Shown: one piece after another, positions 60,801-64,000 of the stretch
Layout: each line of letters begins with the position of its first letter
How positions within the stretch are numbered: position 1 is the stretch's first letter
Source of the DNA: Lingula anatina
Lineage: Eukaryota > Animalia > Brachiopoda
Direction of reading: 5' to 3'
Length of the DNA: 64,000 nucleotides
Assembly (NCBI GenBank): GCA_051362555.1
Contig: CM120646.1
Coordinates: forward strand, 21,080,001-21,144,000
The notes under the pieces: model-generated
The model's database searches: none
What the model saw: the letters and a program-made list of their open reading frames with translations, nothing else
What the model was told of the DNA's origin: nothing
Made by a program: the position numbers and the translations under genes

Positions 60801-62554
60801 TGGAGAGCGGTAAGTGGAGCCAAGATCTCTATCAAAAGTTCTGATTTAAGTTGTACAGATATTTTTTTTACTTTAATTCGACGTCAAATTAAAGATGAAA
60901 GTTTGAAACCATCGTGATAGGATGGGTCCTTGAGTTGGGAAGTGGAAGGTTTTGGAAACGTAAGCAAAGAATAGAAAATAGTCGTCAACGGCAATGCACG
61001 ATGTCCTTATAAATGTATTGAATTGAACATACCCATTTATGTGTTGTAATTCCATTGCAGGCAAATACTGGGTGAACCCAGAAGGCGGCATCAGCTCTAG
61101 CCCCATTGAAGTATATTGTGACATGAAGACACGCGAGACCTGCATTTTCCCCAAGAGAGATGCAGTAAGCAGTTCAAAACTTTCCAGATTATTTTCCCTG
61201 GATTTTAGTATTTAATCTGTTCTATTAGTATTCGTAAACAACGTAATACGCCAAGAGCAAACGTAAATTGTTCAGCAGGATACTTTCGATTTTCAAGAGT
61301 ATTGCACTTAAAAGATTAAATGTTTTCTCTTGCAATGAAACTGACATGAGTTGAGATATATTGATTATTATAATTATTATTACAGTTTGAGAAGAAGGAA
61401 TGGATGACCGAAGAAGTCGACGAACACATTTGGTTTGGAGAGAACGTTGATGGTGGAGATAAAGTAAGCTTTTTGGTTTCACAGAGAAACTTCTGTTTAA
61501 TGAACCTCGTTTTCCTTACAATTTATCGTCACCCAGTCAGTATGCCAAAATCTAGAAAAGCGTCAGATACCAAGTTGATGCTTTAGGTCTATTAAACACA
61601 AATCACACCATGTTCTTTTTTATCCCGTTAAACAGCCACAGCACTACAAATGTCTGTAACCCCCACCCCCAACCCGAAAACAAAAATCCACAACATCAGT
61701 GTCATCTAATCCGCCACCTGTTTTTCTTTCCAGTTCTACTACCAAACCGACAAGATCCAGATCAACTTCCTGCAGATTCTCAGCCACGCGGCCAGACAGA
61801 CCATTACCTACCATTGCCGTAACTCTGTTGGTTATGCTGATGGAGAGGCCGCTCTCGATAAGGCCGTGAAGCTGTTCACTTACAACGAGCTTGAGCTGGA
61901 GGCAGACTCCGGCCCCAAGACAAGATACAACGTCAACGAGGACAGTTGCGGCGTAAGTACCAGTTTCTGTGATCCGAGTTCCTGGTCATTGCTCTGATGT
62001 ATTTTGGTGTAAAAATGGAAGGGTTGTGATTTTAATGGCTGAGGTCTGCCTCTCTTCCTCTTCACACCTGTGCGATTGTAGATCTGTTCTTTTAATTTTA
62101 AGGTAAAAAAAATTTTTTTCTTGGGACGAGACACTACCTGGGGTTCAAATTATGCATTCACACGAAGTTATCAACCGTTTGTATAAAAGACAAGACCATG
62201 TAACCACTAGATTTCCTGTCCAACAAAGTTTTTTAATATCGGATGTTTCCTCCCAGAAAACTTAAAAATTTTATACTTATCAAACATGGGATAAGTTATA
62301 GTGTAACCTGCATTCAAGAAAATTAAATGAACAAAATTATACGCTCCGTTTTTTTCAATGGGATCACTGGTATTTATATGTATCATAATCTTTTTAATTC
62401 CTCTTTCCAGGAGAACACTGGCAAATGGGGCAAGACTGTCATCGCCATCGACACAGAGAAACCCCAGCGGCTGCCCATCATGGATATAGCTGTGAGGGAC
62501 GTCGGCAGAGGAAAGGCTTTCGGGCTGGAAATCGGACAAGTCTGCTTCTCATAA
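26294..62554 (+). CDS. ColA: Clade A fibrillar procollagen alpha chain (multi-exon gene span; VWC N-propeptide, 337-triplet major helix, COLFI), 1445-1451 aa depending on isoform
   Basis: All exons GT-AG and frame-compatible; signal peptide + 10-Cys VWC + minor helix + GPMGPR helix start + KGHR + [22 protein letters not shown] motifs; most helix exon sizes are sums of 45/54/99/108 nt matching COL1A1-type boundaries. Confidence 0.97.
35258..35449 (+). CDS. VWC domain exon (192 nt, phase 1-1)
   Basis: SCVFDGRLY...[13 protein letters not shown]...GECCLVCP, 10 Cys; TTTCCAG acceptor, CAG|GTAC donor. Confidence 0.95.
36741..36766 (+). CDS. N-propeptide linker microexon GEKKAQDDA
   Basis: Strong TTTCAG acceptor, GTACGT donor; converts phase 1 to 0 as required. 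Confidence 0.75.
37000..37041 (+). CDS. N-propeptide exon [14 protein letters not shown]
   Basis: TTTGCAG / GAG|GTAGGC, 42 nt, phase 0. Confidence 0.7.
37259..37312 (+). CDS. Minor triple helix exon ([18 protein letters not shown])
   Basis: 54 nt, Gly-X-Y, canonical splice sites. Confidence 0.92.
37520..37588 (+). CDS. Minor triple helix end (GDP...GPP GST SE)
   Basis: 69 nt, Gly-X-Y, canonical splice sites. Confidence 0.92.
39004..39102 (+). CDS. N-telopeptide exon [33 protein letters not shown]
   Basis: 99 nt, cross-link-type FKG lysine, YLQAQ motif preceding the helix, TTTCAG / CAG|GTAAC. Confidence 0.9.
41443..41541 (+). CDS. Major helix first exon (GPM GPR...GPS, 11 triplets)
   Basis: 99 nt, GPMGPR...GFQG start typical of clade A chains. 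Confidence 0.95.
41954..42007 (+). CDS. Cluster 1 exon a ([18 protein letters not shown])
   Basis: 54 nt, AAG acceptor, GTAAGT donor. Confidence 0.9.
42422..42475 (+). CDS. Cluster 1 exon b ([18 protein letters not shown]), duplicate of 1a
   Basis: 54 nt, same phase, same GxP GxR...G[KR]D pattern; TAG/GTAAGT. Confidence 0.88.
43115..43168 (+). CDS. Helix exon (6 triplets)
   Basis: [18 protein letters not shown]. Confidence 0.95.
43328..43534 (+). CDS. Helix exon (23 triplets) with KGHR cross-link site (K87 equivalent)
   Basis: 207 nt, GAK GHR GFP. Confidence 0.95.
43862..44059 (+). CDS. Helix exon (22 triplets)
   Basis: 198 nt uninterrupted Gly-X-Y. Confidence 0.95.
44287..44538 (+). CDS. 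Helix exon (28 triplets)
   Basis: 252 nt, ends GEP GKR. Confidence 0.95.
44875..45081 (+). CDS. Helix exon (23 triplets)
   Basis: 207 nt. Confidence 0.95.
45543..45695 (+). CDS. Helix exon (17 triplets)
   Basis: 153 nt. Confidence 0.95.
45877..45984 (+). CDS. Helix exon (12 triplets)
   Basis: 108 nt. Confidence 0.95.
46287..46439 (+). CDS. Helix exon (17 triplets)
   Basis: 153 nt. Confidence 0.95.
46766..46918 (+). CDS. Helix exon (17 triplets) with GMPGER integrin-type motif
   Basis: 153 nt; GER GMP GER at the position of GFOGER (residue 502) of alpha1(I). Confidence 0.95.
47246..47353 (+). CDS. Helix exon (12 triplets)
   Basis: 108 nt, ends GKD GER. Confidence 0.95.
47739..47900 (+). 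CDS. Cluster 2 exon a (GLP GAQ GLM...GQQ GFP GPP)
   Basis: 162 nt, 18 triplets. Confidence 0.92.
47985..48146 (+). CDS. Cluster 2 exon b (GEP GPQ GLA...GQQ GLP GPP), duplicate of 2a
   Basis: 162 nt, aligns triplet for triplet with 2a, 84-nt intron between. Confidence 0.9.
48750..48824. repeat. 17-18-bp tandem repeat x4 (GCTTAGAGTTAGTCCTT)
   Basis: Direct reading, intronic. Confidence 0.85.
49123..49230 (+). CDS. Helix exon (12 triplets)
   Basis: 108 nt. Confidence 0.95.
49244..49317. repeat. 25-bp tandem repeat x3 (ACTTTCACTTTCAATCTCTATTGAT)
   Basis: Direct reading, intronic. Confidence 0.9.
49687..50172 (+). CDS. Helix exon (54 triplets), contains RGD
   Basis: 486 nt = 54+54+162+108+108; GSRGDT. 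Confidence 0.96.
50366..50473 (+). CDS. Helix exon (12 triplets)
   Basis: 108 nt. Confidence 0.95.
50797..50850 (+). CDS. Cluster 3 exon a ([18 protein letters not shown])
   Basis: 54 nt, matches alpha1(I) GAP GPV GPA GKS GDR GET. Confidence 0.92.
50956..51009 (+). pseudogene. Cluster 3 exon b, degenerate 54-nt copy ([18 protein letters not shown])
   Basis: Exactly 54 nt between AAG and GTATAA; two Gly positions read GAT and TGT (one substitution from GGT); no stop. Confidence 0.7.
51078..51131 (+). CDS. Cluster 3 exon c ([18 protein letters not shown])
   Basis: 54 nt, TAG/GTATGA. Confidence 0.88.
52273..52326 (+). CDS. Helix exon (6 triplets)
   Basis: [18 protein letters not shown]. Confidence 0.93.
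52613..52666 (+). CDS. Helix exon (6 triplets)
   Basis: [18 protein letters not shown]. Confidence 0.93.
52864..52971 (+). CDS. Helix exon (12 triplets) with K930-equivalent (GDK GFT)
   Basis: 108 nt, ends GPR. Confidence 0.95.
53697..53768 (+). CDS. Cluster 4 exon a ([24 protein letters not shown])
   Basis: 72 nt, AAAG/GTAAGT. Confidence 0.88.
54085..54156 (+). CDS. Cluster 4 exon b ([24 protein letters not shown])
   Basis: 72 nt, AAAG/GTAAGG. Confidence 0.88.
54316..54387 (+). CDS. Cluster 4 exon c ([24 protein letters not shown])
   Basis: 72 nt, AAAG/GTGAGC. Confidence 0.9.
54435..54660 (+). repeat. Degenerate ~27-bp tandem repeat with CACAATG core
   Basis: AACCTCTAGTCACAATGAGAGTTATTG-like units, about 7 copies. 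Confidence 0.75.
56117..56152 (+). CDS. Helix exon ([12 protein letters not shown])
   Basis: 36 nt; 72+36 = canonical 108. Confidence 0.92.
56494..56520 (+). CDS. Helix microexon (GPP)3
   Basis: 27 nt, TTTAG/GTAAGT. Confidence 0.92.
57085..57165 (+). CDS. Cluster 5 C-telopeptide exon a ([27 protein letters not shown])
   Basis: 81 nt, 2 triplets + telopeptide with KG, phase 0-0. Confidence 0.9.
57583..57654 (+). CDS. Cluster 5 C-telopeptide exon b ([24 protein letters not shown])
   Basis: 72 nt, paralog of 5a. Confidence 0.9.
58007..58090 (+). CDS. Cluster 5 C-telopeptide exon c ([28 protein letters not shown])
   Basis: 84 nt, TGCAG/GTGAGT, 2 triplets + KG. Confidence 0.8.
58618..58707 (+). 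CDS. Cluster 5 C-telopeptide exon d ([30 protein letters not shown])
   Basis: 90 nt, CTCAG/GTGAGT, 2 triplets + KG...YL. Confidence 0.87.
60280..60359. repeat. 40-bp tandem duplication
   Basis: TAGTCCRTGAAACACCTTGCTTAATTATAATAATTTATGA x2. Confidence 0.9.
60377..60406 (+). CDS. C-propeptide start [10 protein letters not shown] (probable BMP1/tolloid site N|D)
   Basis: 30 nt, phase 0; Asp at P1'. Confidence 0.85.
60680..60809 (+). CDS. COLFI exon (coiled coil + [15 protein letters not shown])
   Basis: 130 nt, conserved motif. Confidence 0.96.
61061..61164 (+). CDS. COLFI exon ([10 protein letters not shown]...[14 protein letters not shown])
   Basis: 104 nt, conserved motif. Confidence 0.96.
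61386..61463 (+). CDS. COLFI exon (...[13 protein letters not shown])
   Basis: 78 nt, HxWFGE motif. Confidence 0.95.
61734..61952 (+). CDS. COLFI exon ([17 protein letters not shown]...TYHCRNSV...EDSCG)
   Basis: 219 nt, conserved motif. Confidence 0.96.
62411..62554 (+). CDS. Last coding exon (...WGKTVI...RLPIMD...[11 protein letters not shown])
   Basis: 144 nt, TAA at 62552-62554. Confidence 0.96.
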   Translation, partial: ENTGKWGKTVIAIDTEKPQRLPIMDIAVRDVGRGKAFGLEIGQVCFS

Positions 62555-63651
62555 CCTATCTCTACAATCATGCATTTATAAGTTTTAGATGATGACGCCA
62601 ACGATCGGAAAGACTTGAATCAATTGAAAAAATTTAAAAAAATAAAAGGAAAGAAAAGATGTAAACGAAAAACCTCCCATTTCGTGAGGGTCGGATATGT
62701 AATACTATGAAAAGTATGAGATATTGTAGAATTGTTCTTATTATTATTTTATGCTCGTTGTGTATGCCTAGCTCTATGCCAAGATGTAATTAAGTAATTT
62801 TGTTTCTGCCTGTTGATTCAAGGGACGCTGTTGTCATGGAAACAAGGCCCCTTGGGATCAGAACCCCAGCCACCTTACGGCCCCCTAAGGGTCTGCTGAG
62901 GTGGTGGGGAAAACCCAATTCCAAATCTCACACACGCTGTCTTTCCAAACTTGTACATTTCGTAACATTAGACTTACCATCTTAAGTAGACAGCGGCATT
63001 ATTTAAAGGTATAGTGCTGTATAGATTTTGGTCTTAGGGGGCCTTTCAACTAGCATATGCGATTCCCTGAAACTTACTAGTATGCACTTCACAAAGAAAA
63101 AAAGACTAGAGACTTAAACTCATGTGTCAAGTGTAATGTGATATGGAGCTCCCTACTGCCACGACAGCTACATACTGCCATGACGTAGGCTGCGGGGGAG
63201 GCTAATCAGGTCACGTGTCCAGGGCCAGAGGTCGAGGTCAAATGGTGTCAAGGTCAATGAGTTAATATCCCACTGTGTAATTTTGTATAACGTAGCTGTA
63301 GATTGTTCCGTCTGTACGAAACCAGTTCTGTTTAAGATCAATTGAGGACATGAACACTATCAGTAAAGACTGCGAAATTAGCTGTGAACTGGCTCTAGAA
63401 TGGCAAACGGGAGACAACTGGCTCGAGATATGTGATCTTGTGAGGCCTTGGCCTGCAGTTCTATGATGTAGATATGATAATAATGCATTTACAATATTAT
63501 TTTTATTAACACTGCCCTGATTTCATAATGGTGCTGAATTTGTAAAGAGAATTGCTATGGGAACAGGCTACTTCCGGTGCCTGGTCTGCCTGCTGTATAA
63601 TACAGTGGGGGTTTATGGAAGCATGATTGTAGTCGCATGTCATGCCACTGC

Positions 63652-63700
63652 AATAAAGATGAACTGGATCTGAAACTGGTGTTGTTTTTTATTCATTTCT
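63652..63700 (+). terminator. Polyadenylation signal with downstream GU/U-rich element (3' UTR about 1.1 kb)
   Basis: AATAAA 63652-63657 followed about 20 nt later by GGTGTTGTTTTTT; a proximal AATAAA also at 62641. Confidence 0.7.
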
Positions 63701-63895
63701 TGTTGAGATTTTTCAACCCATTTATTGATAGCCGTTCACGAATCCACAAATTTCCGCAGTCCATCAAGCATAATATGAATTTGATTGAAAACTGGAAACG
63801 AGTTTAAATAACAGTTGAGTGAACACTTTATTCATAAATATCGGTTGATTACAAGTGGACAGAGCACCATTTTATGCATAGGCCACGGCCAACAA

Positions 63896-63926
<31 letters not shown>

Positions 63927-64000
63927 GACGCAGTTATTGCCCGACTTTTTGGAATATGTCACGTGTACATGTATATATCTGAATAAGCATACAGTCTCCA

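Overview
Eukaryotic (invertebrate, probably lophotrochozoan-like; inference) AT-rich genomic DNA. About 26 kb of apparently gene-free upstream sequence (MITEs, mini/microsatellites) is followed by one complete + strand clade A fibrillar procollagen gene (TATA 26054, ATG 26294, stop 62554, poly(A) signal 63652): signal peptide, VWC, minor helix, N-telopeptide, major Gly-X-Y helix, C-telopeptide, COLFI C-propeptide. I assembled it exon by exon from GT-AG boundaries. The main result: five positions carry tandem, same-phase duplicate exons (2x54, 2x162, 3x54 with one degenerate, 3x72 nt in the helix; 4 alternative C-telopeptide exons). Taking exactly one per cluster gives a 337-triplet helix in register with vertebrate alpha1(I) landmarks and a 1445-1451 aa chain. 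This implies a Dscam-like mutually exclusive splicing system (96-144 combinations) in a fibrillar collagen. The clusters are flanked by strand-specific GCAC/CAC arrays (RBPMS/MEC-8-type), UGCAUG motifs, weak AAG acceptors and candidate selector-docking RNA pairings. Splicing itself is inferred; no transcript data are available here.
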